In this document: positions 1 through 10,985 of the stretch, in pieces | Numbering within the stretch: position 1 is the stretch's first letter | How the letters are laid out: each line of letters begins with the position of its first letter | NCBI GenBank assembly: GCA_965240855.1 | Contig: CBDEMG010000012.1 | Span: 2,307-66,306, forward strand | Direction of reading: 5' to 3' | DNA from: an uncultured Bacteroidia bacterium | Lineage (GTDB): Bacteria; Bacteroidota; Bacteroidia; Bacteroidales; CAJPTX01 | DNA length: 64,000 nt | The notes under the pieces: generated by a model | The model's input: only the letters and a program-made list of their open reading frames with translations | What the model was told of the DNA's origin: nothing | Databases searched by the model: none | Position numbers and translations under genes: made by a program

Positions 1-2
1 AG

Positions 3-479
3 ATGTTGGTGGGGCGAATAAAAGTGCCGCTTGTCTCTGCGGGAGGATATATGAATGGCTATGGTCTTGCAGCTGCACTGGCTTTAGGTGCAGATGGTAT
101 CCAGATGGGGAGTCGTTTTGCTTGTACTGTAGAATCGGCTGCTGGGCAAGCATACAAGCAACACTTATTGCGCGTAGGTGAATTGGGAACGGTGCTTACC
201 TCTCACGGTTGGGGTCCTACGAGGGTAGTGCGCAATGCATTCTCAGATGCTCTGCAAGCGTTGGAGAGAAGTGGAGCGAGCGTAGAAGCGCAGCGGGAGT
301 ACATCGGAACAGGACGTAGCCGACGTGGTATGGTGGAGGGCGATTTGGAAAATGGAGAACTAGAGATCGGACAAATTGCTGGAGCATTTACCGATGTACT
401 TACAGTAAGTGGAGTAATGGAACAAATTGTGCACGATTATCAGGACGCAGTTTCTAACTTGCAACGTGCACTCTCATAG
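3..479 (+). CDS. Nitronate monooxygenase / FabK-like FMN oxidoreductase, C-terminal fragment (5' end outside window)
   Basis: The ORF is open to the window edge. The motif GGYMNGYGLAAALALGADGIQMGSRF is typical of the NMO / enoyl-ACP reductase II TIM-barrel family. Confidence 0.7.
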   Translation: MLVGRIKVPLVSAGGYMNGYGLAAALALGADGIQMGSRFACTVESAAGQAYKQHLLRVGELGTVLTSHGWGPTRVVRNAFSDALQALERSGASVEAQREYIGTGRSRRGMVEGDLENGELEIGQIAGAFTDVLTVSGVMEQIVHDYQDAVSNLQRALS

Positions 480-524
480 TTACTTAGCAAGCTTATGTAT
501 CGCACATTGTGAAAGGTGAGAAAT

Positions 525-1754
525 ATGATACATTTTGAGCGATTTACACTACCGAATGGTTTGCGAGTCTTGGTTAATTCGGATATGCGCACGCCATTGG
601 TATCGATGACGGTGCTCTATGATGTGGGAGCAAAGGACGAGGATGTAGAACACACCGGATTTGCGCACCTCTTCGAGCATTTGATGTTTGGAGGGAGTAT
701 TAACATCCCTGATTTTGATGCGGCTCTGCAACTAGCTGGGGGTAGCAACAATGCGTATACGACGAACGATTTGACGTGTTATTACTGTACTCTTCCTGCT
801 TCGAATCTTGAGACAGCCTTTTGGTTGGAGAGCGATAGGATGCTATCCTTAGCCTTTTCGCCTAAGAGTTTGGAGGTGCAACGGAGTGTTGTAATGGAGG
901 AGTTCAAAGAGAATTATCTGAATACTCCTTATGGTGATATTTACCATTTAGTACATGCGCTAAATTATGAGGTACATCCCTATAGATGGCCGACAATCGG
1001 ACTGAAATTGGAGCAGATTGAGCATGCGACCATGGATGAGGTTCGTGCCTTTTTTGCAGCTCATTATTTCCCAGCCAATGCGATACTTGTGCTCTCGGGT
1101 GGAGTAACACTGGATCGTGTACGAGAGCTCTGCGAAAAATGGTTTGCACCTATCGCGAGTAGGGCTAAAATCGAGCGGAGTTTGCCTGTAGAGCCATTAC
1201 GCACTGCATATAAGCGAGAGGTGGTAGAGCGCGACGTCCCTAATGATGTACTTTATATGTCTTTTGCAATGCCTAGACGCACAGATGAGAGCTATGTTCT
1301 CTACGATATGCTAACAGACATTTTAAGTTTGGGACGAGGAGGTCGTTTAGCAGCCGAATTGGTACGAAAACGTAAACTCTTTTCATCGATAGATGCTTCG
1401 GTCTCGGGCACAATAGATCCTGGTGTTGTTTCTTTCTCGGGGATGCTCTTGTCTGACGTATCGTTAGAAGAGGCAGAAATGGCAATATTTGAGGAGATAG
1501 AGAAGCTCGGGAAGATTTCGTCAGAGGAGTTGCGACGAGTTCAAAATCTTTATGAGACGGATACGCAGTATCAGGAAGTACAAACCTCTCGTCGTGCGGA
1601 ATTGCTAGCAGAGTACGAACTTTATGGCGATGCTTCGCAAGTCAACCAGCGAATTGCAGCACGAGCACAAGTGACAACGGGTGAGTTGGAAGAGTGTGCT
1701 CGGAGGGTATTCAGAAGAGAGAATTGTAGAACCTTGTATTACAAAGCAAAATAG
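525..1754 (+). CDS. M16 family zinc peptidase, catalytic-type subunit
   Basis: It carries the inverted zinc motif HxxEH (FAHLFEHLMFGG) and has the length of a pitrilysin-family protein. The track ORF starts at GTG 516; the first ATG is at 525. Confidence 0.9.
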   Translation: MIHFERFTLPNGLRVLVNSDMRTPLVSMTVLYDVGAKDEDVEHTGFAHLFEHLMFGGSINIPDFDAALQLAGGSNNAYTTNDLTCYYCTLPASNLETAFWLESDRMLSLAFSPKSLEVQRSVVMEEFKENYLNTPYGDIYHLVHALNYEVHPYRWPTIGLKLEQIEHATMDEVRAFFAAHYFPANAILVLSGGVTLDRVRELCEKWFAPIASRAKIERSLPVEPLRTAYKREVVERDVPNDVLYMSFAMPRRTDESYVLYDMLTDILSLGRGGRLAAELVRKRKLFSSIDASVSGTIDPGVVSFSGMLLSDVSLEEAEMAIFEEIEKLGKISSEELRRVQNLYETDTQYQEVQTSRRAELLAEYELYGDASQVNQRIAARAQVTTGELEECARRVFRRENCRTLYYKAK

Positions 1755-1775
1755 GAATTGAAGGAGGGAAGTGCG

Positions 1776-3077
1776 ATGGTCTTGGATCGGAGTAAAGCTC
1801 CTGCACTGGCCTGGATGGGGAATGTTGTACTCCCTGAAATTGTTACGACAGAGCATCGAGGTCTTTTGATGTCCCAATTTGTGGATCCAGTACTCGAGGT
1901 AGTGGATCTACGTTTTGTCTTTGCTCGAATAGATGTGTCGCCTAATCCGTTGGTAGCCGATGCCGCGATGGAATTACTTCTTCGCGGTACAGAGTTCAAA
2001 AGTGCAGAGCAACTCTATATGGCATTTGAGTTGTATGGTGCACGTATCAGTGCAAAGGCTACAGCAGATTTCAACGTAGTCCGCATTGGAGTATCGGTAC
2101 ACAACCTTTTTCCAGTACTCGAACTTGTGGAGGAAGTTCTTTTTCATCCACGTTATTCGGAACAGGATTTTGATCAATGGTTGGGTAAGGAGCTGGCAGA
2201 TTTCAAAGTTGCATTGGAAGATCCGACTTTTTTGGTTCAGTGTGAATTTCAGAGACGAATTTTTGGTCTGCAACATAGATATGGTCGGACTGCGACGCTG
2301 GAGGCATACGATACGTTAACTCTTGCAGAGATTCGTAGCTACTGGCAGAGTAATATAGTGGGAGGGATGCCGGAGCTCTTGGTTGCTGGAGGTACGGAAT
2401 CTTTAGCGCATAGTATTTTGCAAAAGGTTGCATTGTGGTCTTTTGCGAATAAAGATTACTTAGATACGTACGGAGTGTTTTGCGACTCTTCGGTCGGATT
2501 TTATAGATCACCCGTTGAACAGGGGACGCAAGTAGCTTTACAGTTGGGTTTGCGCTTGCCCTCCTCTCCGATGGTAGATGAATTCGTTTTGCAGGTAGCT
2601 GTGGCATTGTTGGGGGGCGTTTTTAGTAGTAGATTGATGCAAAATCTTCGAGAAGATAAAGGGTATACCTATGGCGTTCGTGCAGGAATAACGTTTTTTG
2701 AAAAAGGGGGAGTGCTAAAAATCCGTACGAGCGTAGGCAATGAGTATGCTCAAGCAGCCTTGGACGAGATAAGTCTTGAACTCCGTAAGATGCAAACGAA
2801 TCCTGCTACAAGCGAAGAATTGGCTATTCTTAGTGGGCAACTTCGCGGTGAGTTTTGTCAGAGTTTGGATGGAGTTTTGAATGCAGTAAGGAGTGTGTAT
2901 CGGTTTGGTAAGCCTCCGCAGACATGGCTGCGCTATATAGAAGAGCAGCTCGCGGCAATTAATAGTACGACCCCTGGCGAGATTGTTAGGGTTTCGGAAC
3001 GATGGTTAAATCCGTCGAATTTTAATATATGTGTGGCAGGCGCGGCGGAGATAATCGCACCCTTGCAATGGCGATAG
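1776..3077 (+). CDS. M16 family peptidase-like protein lacking HxxEH (non-catalytic partner)
   Basis: It sits immediately downstream of the active M16 gene and has the M16 C-terminal pattern (REDKGYTYGV) but no HxxEH motif. ATG 1776 is preferred over the track's TTG 1758. Confidence 0.8.
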   Translation: MVLDRSKAPALAWMGNVVLPEIVTTEHRGLLMSQFVDPVLEVVDLRFVFARIDVSPNPLVADAAMELLLRGTEFKSAEQLYMAFELYGARISAKATADFNVVRIGVSVHNLFPVLELVEEVLFHPRYSEQDFDQWLGKELADFKVALEDPTFLVQCEFQRRIFGLQHRYGRTATLEAYDTLTLAEIRSYWQSNIVGGMPELLVAGGTESLAHSILQKVALWSFANKDYLDTYGVFCDSSVGFYRSPVEQGTQVALQLGLRLPSSPMVDEFVLQVAVALLGGVFSSRLMQNLREDKGYTYGVRAGITFFEKGGVLKIRTSVGNEYAQAALDEISLELRKMQTNPATSEELAILSGQLRGEFCQSLDGVLNAVRSVYRFGKPPQTWLRYIEEQLAAINSTTPGEIVRVSERWLNPSNFNICVAGAAEIIAPLQWR

Positions 3078-3130
3078 AGAAAAGTTTGAGTGAGTGCCAT
3101 ATTTTGGAATAGAGAATTGAGATTGTGATA

Positions 3131-4732
3131 ATGAAAGAATTAAATAAGCACTATCTAGTACAAAAAGGGCTCTTGAGCCTTTTGAGTCTTTTTATTGCAG
3201 TGCAGGTATGTAATGGTCAGGGTAATCCGTTGTGGAGTGATCAGCCTTTGCCACCGAATTTTCGTGTAGTAACCGTGGATCCTAATACGGGGAAAACAAC
3301 GTTAACTTGGGATAAGCCAAAGCCGAGTGATTACAATCCTGAGCCGCAAGGATATATAATCTATCGTGGCGAACGGGATGCTTCGGGAAATATAGATTTT
3401 CAAAAAGTCGCCGAATTACCCCCCTCGCAGTTTTCGTGGATAGATGATGATGCAAAAGGGAAGGAGGGCGTGGTGCAGTATCGGATGGCGACAAAAGGTC
3501 CGGACGAGAAGAAACCTAGTAAGCTGACCGATCCCCATGCGACGATTTATCTGACGGTGGAATATTTACCTTGCTTGAACAAGATTCGTTTACATTGGAC
3601 TCAATATGGAGGTTGGAACAACGCAATAGAGCACTATGTAGTACATGCGGGTGACCATCAATCGTGGTCTACATTAGCAGAAAAAGCTACATTAAAAGGG
3701 AATATCTGGGACTATGAGTTTGATGCAGAGCAAGACAAAACGTGGTACATCTTTATAGAAGCTCGGCGTAGTGGTAGTAGCGATGTCACGCGATCGAATA
3801 TGCAGGAGGTTAAAACACGTAAGCACTATATTCCCTCAACCATTTTGTTGGATACGATAGAAAGTAGTCCCAACCAGAACCGCGTGACATTGAAGATGAA
3901 TTTGAATACGAACCCGGCATATTTTAGACTAGTACGGCAAAATGTATTCTCGGAGAGTGAAGGTAAGTTGGATGAAATAGATGTTGTACGGTTTACTAAT
4001 CCGAATACTCGGGTGCTTATCGATACAGTTGGTGCTTATCAAATACAGGGACGTAAACGTTTTTATTCGATAGTGGCTATGGATGAGTGTAACGAGGAGG
4101 TAGATCGTTCGCAAAAGAGTAATAGTATCATTGTTCGTGTGGCAAGCCGTGGTCGTAGGAATGTAGTGAACTGGGATCAACTGGAGGTGGAGGACGGGAA
4201 TCGAGCAGAGTATCGCATTTATCGTATACTGACCAAACCCACGGGCGTAGAGGAGGTAGAGTTAGCAACGGTTAATGGGGGGCAACGTTTAGAATATGTG
4301 GATGATCTCACTTCTTTGGAAGATGTAGGAGTGACGAACAAATTTTGCTACAAAGTGCTGGCTTATGAGTTAACCACGGATAATAGTACTAAACGCGTGA
4401 GTATCTCGAGTCCGAATTGTACGCAAGCAGAGTCGAAGATAGAAATACCAACCGCGATATCTCCGCTCGAGACTGCGTCTTCGGGAAGTACTCGTGTAAA
4501 GCGTAATGTCTTTGCGCCGAAGACTACCTACGATACGGATTATAAACTTTATGTATACAACCGGAGTGGCGAGCTCATATTTACGGGCATCAGTCAGGGG
4601 TGGGATGGTAGACTCAGGAATGGCGCTTATGCTCCAGAGGGTGCTTATATTTACCGAATCGAATTCTCTTTTGCAGAGCGGGGATCGCAGACACGTACAG
4701 GTTCATTTATGGTGGTATATCCTACTCGGTAG
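3131..4732 (+). CDS. Secreted protein with Fn3-like repeats and a T9SS type B (gliding-motility-associated) C-terminal sorting domain
   Basis: There is a signal peptide (LLSLLSLFIAVQVCNGQ). The C-terminus YKLYVYNRSGELIFTG..GWDGRLRNG..EGAYIYRIEF..TGSFMVVY matches the type B CTD pattern. Confidence 0.8.
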   Translation: MKELNKHYLVQKGLLSLLSLFIAVQVCNGQGNPLWSDQPLPPNFRVVTVDPNTGKTTLTWDKPKPSDYNPEPQGYIIYRGERDASGNIDFQKVAELPPSQFSWIDDDAKGKEGVVQYRMATKGPDEKKPSKLTDPHATIYLTVEYLPCLNKIRLHWTQYGGWNNAIEHYVVHAGDHQSWSTLAEKATLKGNIWDYEFDAEQDKTWYIFIEARRSGSSDVTRSNMQEVKTRKHYIPSTILLDTIESSPNQNRVTLKMNLNTNPAYFRLVRQNVFSESEGKLDEIDVVRFTNPNTRVLIDTVGAYQIQGRKRFYSIVAMDECNEEVDRSQKSNSIIVRVASRGRRNVVNWDQLEVEDGNRAEYRIYRILTKPTGVEEVELATVNGGQRLEYVDDLTSLEDVGVTNKFCYKVLAYELTTDNSTKRVSISSPNCTQAESKIEIPTAISPLETASSGSTRVKRNVFAPKTTYDTDYKLYVYNRSGELIFTGISQGWDGRLRNGAYAPEGAYIYRIEFSFAERGSQTRTGSFMVVYPTR

Positions 4733-4759
4733 GGCGCGTGTGTAATAAACAGGAGTCTG

Positions 4760-7069
4760 ATGGATTTTAGTGTCACAGAGCGGCTCTATAGGACAGAGGA
4801 GGAGGTGGCGGAGCTTTATCAGAAGCTCATCGATATGAATGCGAAGTGGCTTGCAAACTTGCCGGCCGCGCGTGAATTGATAGATAGGGCATACAAGATA
4901 GCTTACGATGCACACAAGAATGTGCCTCCTCGCAAATCTGGCGAGCCATATATAATACACCCGATAATAGTGGCGATGTATGCCTCGCAGATATATCCCG
5001 GTGATATAAACATCATACTTGCTGCGCTGCTTCACGATGTTGTAGAGGATACTCCAATTACACTAACGGATATAGCGCAACGCTTCCCCGATCGTCCTGG
5101 TTTAGAACAAATAGTGGATGGGGTTACAAAGCTTAAGGAGGTGCATGATACGGGAGATTCGAGTCAGGTAGAGAACTTCCGGAAACTACTCAACCAGACG
5201 ATAAATGACAACTCGCGTATTATCCTGCTCAAACTAGCAGATCGTCTGCACAACATGCAGACCTTGCAATATCAGGAGAGTATAAAACAGCAGAAAATAG
5301 CGAGTGAGACGCTAACTTTTTATGTACCGATCGCCGAAAGATTGAATCTTTATACGATAAAGACGGAATTAGAGAATTTGAGCTTTAAGTATCTCTATCC
5401 CTCGGCGTATAAAAATATTGAGGCACAATTCGAAACACACAGAGCCCGGCTAGCAGAGGTACACAGAGTAATTTCAGGACAGATAGATCAGCTACTCTCC
5501 ACCACAGGGCTTGATTACAAGATTACAAGTAGAGAGAAAACTCCGTATTCGACCTATAAGAAACTCACGAATAAGCATATACTCTTTGAAGAAATCTACG
5601 ATTTGGTAGCCTTTCGTATCGTATTTAAACCCCATGAGGGTATTCCAGAGAGCACACAATGTTGGTTTATCTATATGTTGTTAACGGATGTCTACCCTGC
5701 TCTCCATGAGCGGACACGAGACTGGGTATCGGCACCGAAAGTGAATGGCTATGAGGCACTCCATTGCACCCTTATGGACAAGAATGGTCAATGGGTTGAG
5801 GTACAGATTCGTACGGAGCGTATGAATGAGAATGCGGAGAATGGGGGCGCTTCGCACTGGAGATATAAGCGAGAAACTGATGTGGATGATGAGGGGATAT
5901 TAAGAGATATTGGCGATAATCTGGGCAAATTATACCATGCAGCAGTTGCCTCTTCGCAGTTTATGGCGCATATCAACACCGATTTTTTGAAGAAAAAAAT
6001 TACGGTCTACGAACGTCTTATGCAAGATAAGGATGACGAGGATTCTACTTCTACGCGTCGTGAATTTATTTTACCCCGCGGCTCAAGTGTACTTGATTTT
6101 GCTTATCTGAAAAGTCAGAATGCGGGCGATCACGCTTTAGGAGCACGGGTGAATGGGATTCTAACAAGTTTACGAAGTATTTTGCACGCAAGCGATGAGG
6201 TAGAACTTATCGTAGCAACAACGCAATATCCGACAGAGACTTGGAGTAAGATTGCACAGACTCCCTACGCACGGAATTTAATAAGTGAGTCGTTGCATAA
6301 GCAAAAGGAGATTTTTGCAAAGCAGGGCGAACAAGTACTCCGCGAGATGTTTAATGCATTGGATGCACCGTACTCTGAATCGGTGGTGGAGAGCTTATTG
6401 CCCCATTTTAGGGTAGAGACTTTGAGGGAATTTTACGATGAGGTACATGATGGGTATATAAATAGGGAAATCGTTTACCGCGAACTGCGTCGCGCCATTC
6501 GTAGAGAGAGAGTGCTTGCGACCTCTCGTCGTCTTAAAGGTAATAGAGGTCTTGCGGGCGATGCCGAATTAGAGTACTCGCCATCTACCCCATTACATAG
6601 TACGACCTACACTTTGTTGACTTCGCCTTGTTGTTACTCTCTTCCGGGTGATATGGATGTAAAGTGTTTGCGTGATCCGTCGACGGAGGGGAAAGTCGTA
6701 CGTGTGCATAAGGCGAATTGTTTGGAAGGGGAACGGATAGCATCTGAGCATGGCGATTGGCTTGTGAAGGGGATCGATTGGTCTGTGCGTCAGATGAATA
6801 GCTATCCGACGCACATTTTTATTGAAGGGGAGGATCGTAAGAATTTATTATCAGAGTTGTTTGCCAAGTTTGCAGATGTTTGTAAGACGAATATCTCTCG
6901 CGTAGATTTGCGCAGTGATGGGACACAGTTTCGGGGAATTATTTCGTTTTCTGTATATGAGCTCTCGGAGTTAGAGAATTTGATACAGAGTTTGTATCAG
7001 GTGGATAGCATTCATGCGATATACCGTTTGGATGTGCCCTCTACCTACGAATTTGTGGATAGCTTTTAA
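4760..7069 (+). CDS. Bifunctional (p)ppGpp synthetase/hydrolase, RelA/SpoT (RSH) family
   Basis: It has the HD hydrolase motif (LLHDVVEDT), the synthetase core (GYEALHCTL..WVEVQIRTERM), a TGS region, a Cys motif (CCYSLPGD..VHKANC) and an ACT-like C-terminus. Confidence 0.92.
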   Translation: MDFSVTERLYRTEEEVAELYQKLIDMNAKWLANLPAARELIDRAYKIAYDAHKNVPPRKSGEPYIIHPIIVAMYASQIYPGDINIILAALLHDVVEDTPITLTDIAQRFPDRPGLEQIVDGVTKLKEVHDTGDSSQVENFRKLLNQTINDNSRIILLKLADRLHNMQTLQYQESIKQQKIASETLTFYVPIAERLNLYTIKTELENLSFKYLYPSAYKNIEAQFETHRARLAEVHRVISGQIDQLLSTTGLDYKITSREKTPYSTYKKLTNKHILFEEIYDLVAFRIVFKPHEGIPESTQCWFIYMLLTDVYPALHERTRDWVSAPKVNGYEALHCTLMDKNGQWVEVQIRTERMNENAENGGASHWRYKRETDVDDEGILRDIGDNLGKLYHAAVASSQFMAHINTDFLKKKITVYERLMQDKDDEDSTSTRREFILPRGSSVLDFAYLKSQNAGDHALGARVNGILTSLRSILHASDEVELIVATTQYPTETWSKIAQTPYARNLISESLHKQKEIFAKQGEQVLREMFNALDAPYSESVVESLLPHFRVETLREFYDEVHDGYINREIVYRELRRAIRRERVLATSRRLKGNRGLAGDAELEYSPSTPLHSTTYTLLTSPCCYSLPGDMDVKCLRDPSTEGKVVRVHKANCLEGERIASEHGDWLVKGIDWSVRQMNSYPTHIFIEGEDRKNLLSELFAKFADVCKTNISRVDLRSDGTQFRGIISFSVYELSELENLIQSLYQVDSIHAIYRLDVPSTYEFVDSF

Positions 7070-7109
7070 TACAAAATAGTTGTGTTAGTCTAGTGTAAAA
7101 GAGGTTCTC

Positions 7110-9032
7110 GTGGTGAGGAAGATTGTAGTAGTGTTGACACTTGTAGTGTCTTTGTTGCAAGGTTTTGGAGTGAAAGCTCAGCTGAACCGTTACTATTTTT
7201 ATACTAAAACGCAAAAATTGTATCAACGAGGAGATTATACGGGAGCAGTAGGAGCGATAACGGTTTTTCTGGAATACCAGAGTGAGGATGAGATCGCGCT
7301 TTATTTTCGAGCACTCGCTAAATATCAGTTGGATGATTGGCGAGGAGCCTTACAAGATTTGGATAAACTGTTGCTTCATAAACCCTTTATGACCGAGGCA
7401 CTTCTTTTGCGGACAGCTGTCCGCAATCAGTTGGGGGATCATAGCAATGCCATGGTTGATATACGATTGGCGTATGAGTTGCGACCGAATGAGCGTGATA
7501 TACGCTATATGCGAGCCATCACGTACTTTCTTTTGGAGGACTACGTACAAGCCATAGAAGATTTTACTGCGACTTTGCAGCATGATCCCGAACACTTGGA
7601 TGCTCGTTTGAATAGAGGAACCTCTTATTTGCTTAGGGGTGATACACTACGCGCAGTAGAAGATTATCAACAAGCCATACAAACAAACCCCTATTCGGCA
7701 GGTCCGCATATCAACTTGGCGCGTGTCTACTATTCGCAAAACCGCCTTGAAGCAGCTCTGGCTTCGCTCAATAAAGCGTTAGATATAACGCCGAAATCGG
7801 GACAAGCACTACTAATAAAAGCGTTGATAGAGCACGACTTACACCGTAATAAAGAGGCTTTTGCCTCGATTAATAAGGCGATAGAGTACGCACCACGGAG
7901 TTCGTTGGCCTATTACAATCGTGCTATTATGTATGCGGAGAAGGGAGATCTTAGCGCTGCGTTGCAAGATTATGAGCAAGCTGCCCGAATTTCTCCTAGC
8001 AATGTATTTATCCGATATAATGCGGGCATAACGTATCTAGAGGCGAAACGCTATCGTGAGGCGGCTGATGCCCTCTCGTATGCAATAGCCCTCTATCCGC
8101 AATTTGCGCGTGCGTACTCCCTGCGAGCAAAGGTTCGTTTACTATTGGGAGATAAAGCTGGCGCTAGGCTCGATTACGATTCGGCTCAAGTGCAAATAGA
8201 GCGATATGCTCATCTACAGGAGAAAGAGGCACAGAGGAATAAGTGGAGCGACACGACAGCGAATTTTTCTCGATTGATCGCATTCGAGAATGACTTTTCT
8301 ACGCCCTCTGAGCTAGTACTTCCCGCTTTTTTGCGAGAATATGATGAGTTGCTCCCCTTGGCGAGTATTAGAGTGGGGCAGTTGCAAACCTATACGGAGT
8401 GGAAGCCAGTAGAGCGGGTAGATAGTGTGGCAGGAGCGCCCTATTTTTCTTTTGTAGTACCGAACGAAGATACGGCTCGTCGCATAGATCTCTCGTTATT
8501 TCCTCAGGTGCGCGATGCACATGTAATCAATCTAATGCGCGGAATCTTTCTCTCCGAACAACGAGAATATGCACAGACTTTAGCTTTGTTAGATTCGATA
8601 CCTAGACATAGTGTAGCTTGGCCGTTAGGGCGTGTAGTTAGAGCGGTAACACAGATTTCTCAAATACGTTTCGCTCCGGCGAAGCAAGTCACATTGTCGC
8701 TGACGAATTCGTATACTTCTCGATCTCAAGTAGTGGATTATAGCGAGCCTCTGAAAGAGTTGGAGATGCTAAGTAGTGAGTATGGACAGAGTGCCTATTT
8801 GTATTATACTTTGGGGATAGGGTATTATCTCTCGCGAGATCTTTTAGCTTCGGAGCGAGCTTTTGATCAAGCCTTAGCTTTGGAGAGTAGTTTTGCAGAA
8901 GCTTTGTTTAATAGGGGATTAGTGCGTATCTTGTTAAATAAAAATGACGAGGCGTGTCTCGATTTGAGTCTTGCTGGTCAGTTAGGATTGGATCGAGCCT
9001 ACCGCGTGATAGCAGATCATTGTAAGCGTTAG
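7110..9032 (+). CDS. Tetratricopeptide-repeat protein, secreted
   Basis: There is a signal peptide (VVLTLVVSLLQGFGVKAQ) followed by many 34-residue A..Y/F..A..P repeats. The start is GTG, with no ATG nearby. Confidence 0.8.
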   Translation: MVRKIVVVLTLVVSLLQGFGVKAQLNRYYFYTKTQKLYQRGDYTGAVGAITVFLEYQSEDEIALYFRALAKYQLDDWRGALQDLDKLLLHKPFMTEALLLRTAVRNQLGDHSNAMVDIRLAYELRPNERDIRYMRAITYFLLEDYVQAIEDFTATLQHDPEHLDARLNRGTSYLLRGDTLRAVEDYQQAIQTNPYSAGPHINLARVYYSQNRLEAALASLNKALDITPKSGQALLIKALIEHDLHRNKEAFASINKAIEYAPRSSLAYYNRAIMYAEKGDLSAALQDYEQAARISPSNVFIRYNAGITYLEAKRYREAADALSYAIALYPQFARAYSLRAKVRLLLGDKAGARLDYDSAQVQIERYAHLQEKEAQRNKWSDTTANFSRLIAFENDFSTPSELVLPAFLREYDELLPLASIRVGQLQTYTEWKPVERVDSVAGAPYFSFVVPNEDTARRIDLSLFPQVRDAHVINLMRGIFLSEQREYAQTLALLDSIPRHSVAWPLGRVVRAVTQISQIRFAPAKQVTLSLTNSYTSRSQVVDYSEPLKELEMLSSEYGQSAYLYYTLGIGYYLSRDLLASERAFDQALALESSFAEALFNRGLVRILLNKNDEACLDLSLAGQLGLDRAYRVIADHCKR

Positions 9033-9053
9033 TGTGTGTATATAGTCAGTAGG

Positions 9054-10034
9054 ATGAAAGAAGAGGATAAGAAGAGTCGTAGTGAGGTCGCATACGGCGA
9101 TTCGTCGCACGAGGTTATCGCCGATCCGTTAGCGATAGAGGCTGAGTTACATGCAGGACATTTTTTACGTAAGGCGAATTTTGGAGGTAATGAGATCTAT
9201 CATTTTCGCGCCTCGGAGTGTCCTATAACGATGCGAGAGTTAGGTTTGCTACGAGAAGAGACTTTTCGTAATGCTGGTGGTGGAACAGGGAAGATTCTCG
9301 ATATAGATTCTTACGATAAGGGTGCAAATCCTTATACACAATTGATTGTATGGAATCCCGAGGATAAGTTGATCTTGGGGGGGTATCGCTACATCATCCC
9401 TACTCCAGATGGCAAATATGCTTCGCATCTTGCTACGAGCGAGTTGTTTCATTTCTCAGAGCGGTTTGAGAAGGAATATCTCCCTTATACCATTGAGCTC
9501 GGTCGTTCGTTTGTGCGAACGAGTTATCAATCTACTCGGGATGCTCGTAGAGGAATGTATGTTCTTGACAATTTGTGGGATGGTCTGGGTGCGTTGTTAA
9601 TTCTTAACCCTGAAATAAAGTATTTTTTTGGTAAGGTAACGATGTACCCGAATTATAACCAGTCGGCTCGTAATTTGTTGCAAACTTTTCTGCAGAAATA
9701 TTTTCGCGATCCTGATGGGCTCGTAACGCCGATCGTACCGTTAGATCTAAATATAGATCCGACATTAGAGGCGAGGGTATTTATAGGGGGTAGCTATAAG
9801 AACGATTTTGAGATCTTGATGCGCGAGTTGGGAGAGTTTGGAGAGCGAATTCCTCCCCTTATTAAGTCGTATATAAGTTTGAGTAGTACTACGCGAGTTT
9901 TTGGCACGGCTGTTAATCATGAGTTTGGTAATGTGGAGGAGACAGGGATATTGGTTGCAGTGAACGATGTCCTACCCGCCAAACGCAGTCGACATATAGA
10001 TACTTTTCAACCCCAAGAGTACGAAAATAAGTAG
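9054..10034 (+). CDS. GNAT-fold 'hemolysin-like' N-acyltransferase (OlsB/GlsB-like N-acyl amino acid synthase family)
   Basis: Its size and pattern (LREETFRNAGGGTGK..D.D.YD; ELGRSFV) match the Acetyltransf_5/OlsB-like family as I remember it. This was not checked by any search. Confidence 0.6.
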   Translation: MKEEDKKSRSEVAYGDSSHEVIADPLAIEAELHAGHFLRKANFGGNEIYHFRASECPITMRELGLLREETFRNAGGGTGKILDIDSYDKGANPYTQLIVWNPEDKLILGGYRYIIPTPDGKYASHLATSELFHFSERFEKEYLPYTIELGRSFVRTSYQSTRDARRGMYVLDNLWDGLGALLILNPEIKYFFGKVTMYPNYNQSARNLLQTFLQKYFRDPDGLVTPIVPLDLNIDPTLEARVFIGGSYKNDFEILMRELGEFGERIPPLIKSYISLSSTTRVFGTAVNHEFGNVEETGILVAVNDVLPAKRSRHIDTFQPQEYENK

Positions 10035-10052
10035 GAAAAAAGGTAGAGAAAG

Positions 10053-10985
10053 ATGCCGCGCGTACTAGGGTTAGGCAATGCTTTAATGGATGCGATAATC
10101 CCACTAACGGACGACGAGTTGCTCTCTACTTGGTCTCTTGTAAAGGGCGAGATGCAAGTTGTGGAGCTTGATACGTTGGAACAGTTGCATCGGAGTGCGT
10201 GGAAAGAGGAGATGGTTCGTAGTGTAGGCGGGAGTGCTTGTAATGCTATACGCGGAATTGCCCATTTGGGATTGCAGACGGGTTTTATAGGGAAGGTCGG
10301 GCATGATGAGACGGGCGAACGTGTTTTTGCCGCCTTGCGAACGGCAGGGGTTCAGCCCTTGTTGCGGTATAGTCGTGCTCGGACAGGTGAAGTTCTTGCA
10401 CTCGTTTCGCCAGATTCGGAGCGGACACTGGTTACCTTTCTTGGTGCTTCTGGTACATTGAATGCGGCTGATTTGCAGGAGGATGAGTTTGTTGGTTATG
10501 ATCATCTACATTTGGAGGGGTATACAGTCCTCAATCATGATCTTTTTCTGCGCGCGCTAGAGCTCTCGGATCTTTGTCATCAGTCGGTCTCGTTAGATTT
10601 GTCGAGCTCAGATATTGTAGATATGAATCGTGAGTTGCTGGGGCGTATCATCCCCAAGTATATTGATATACTATTTGCAAATGAAGGAGAGATCCGGGCT
10701 TTTACTGGACGCGATGTCGAACCTGGGATGAAGGAGTTAGCGCAAAGCTGCAAAGTAGTTGTTGTGAAATTGGGTAGCAAGGGTGCTATTGCTTGTTGTG
10801 GAGAGTCGTTTGCCTGTAGTCCGAGTTTGCCAGTATGTTGTGTAGATAGTACGGGGAGTGGCGATATGTTTGCTGCAGGTTTTTTGTATGGTTATTTGCA
10901 GGATTGGACGCTGGAGGCATCGTTAGCTTATGCGAACAAGATGGCTGCAGAGGTAATACAAGTCTATGGTACGGGAATTAGTTAG
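10053..10985 (+). CDS. PfkB family carbohydrate/nucleoside kinase
   Basis: The N-terminus is LGLGNALMD and the C-terminal PfkB signature DSTGSGDMFAAGFLYG is present. Confidence 0.85.
   Translation: MPRVLGLGNALMDAIIPLTDDELLSTWSLVKGEMQVVELDTLEQLHRSAWKEEMVRSVGGSACNAIRGIAHLGLQTGFIGKVGHDETGERVFAALRTAGVQPLLRYSRARTGEVLALVSPDSERTLVTFLGASGTLNAADLQEDEFVGYDHLHLEGYTVLNHDLFLRALELSDLCHQSVSLDLSSSDIVDMNRELLGRIIPKYIDILFANEGEIRAFTGRDVEPGMKELAQSCKVVVVKLGSKGAIACCGESFACSPSLPVCCVDSTGSGDMFAAGFLYGYLQDWTLEASLAYANKMAAEVIQVYGTGIS

Noticed and set aside
6590-6720. A Cys-rich segment in RelA/SpoT (CCYSLPGD...VHKANC).
   Set aside because: This is the known conserved-cysteine (CC/ZFD) domain of long RSH enzymes and is not unusual.
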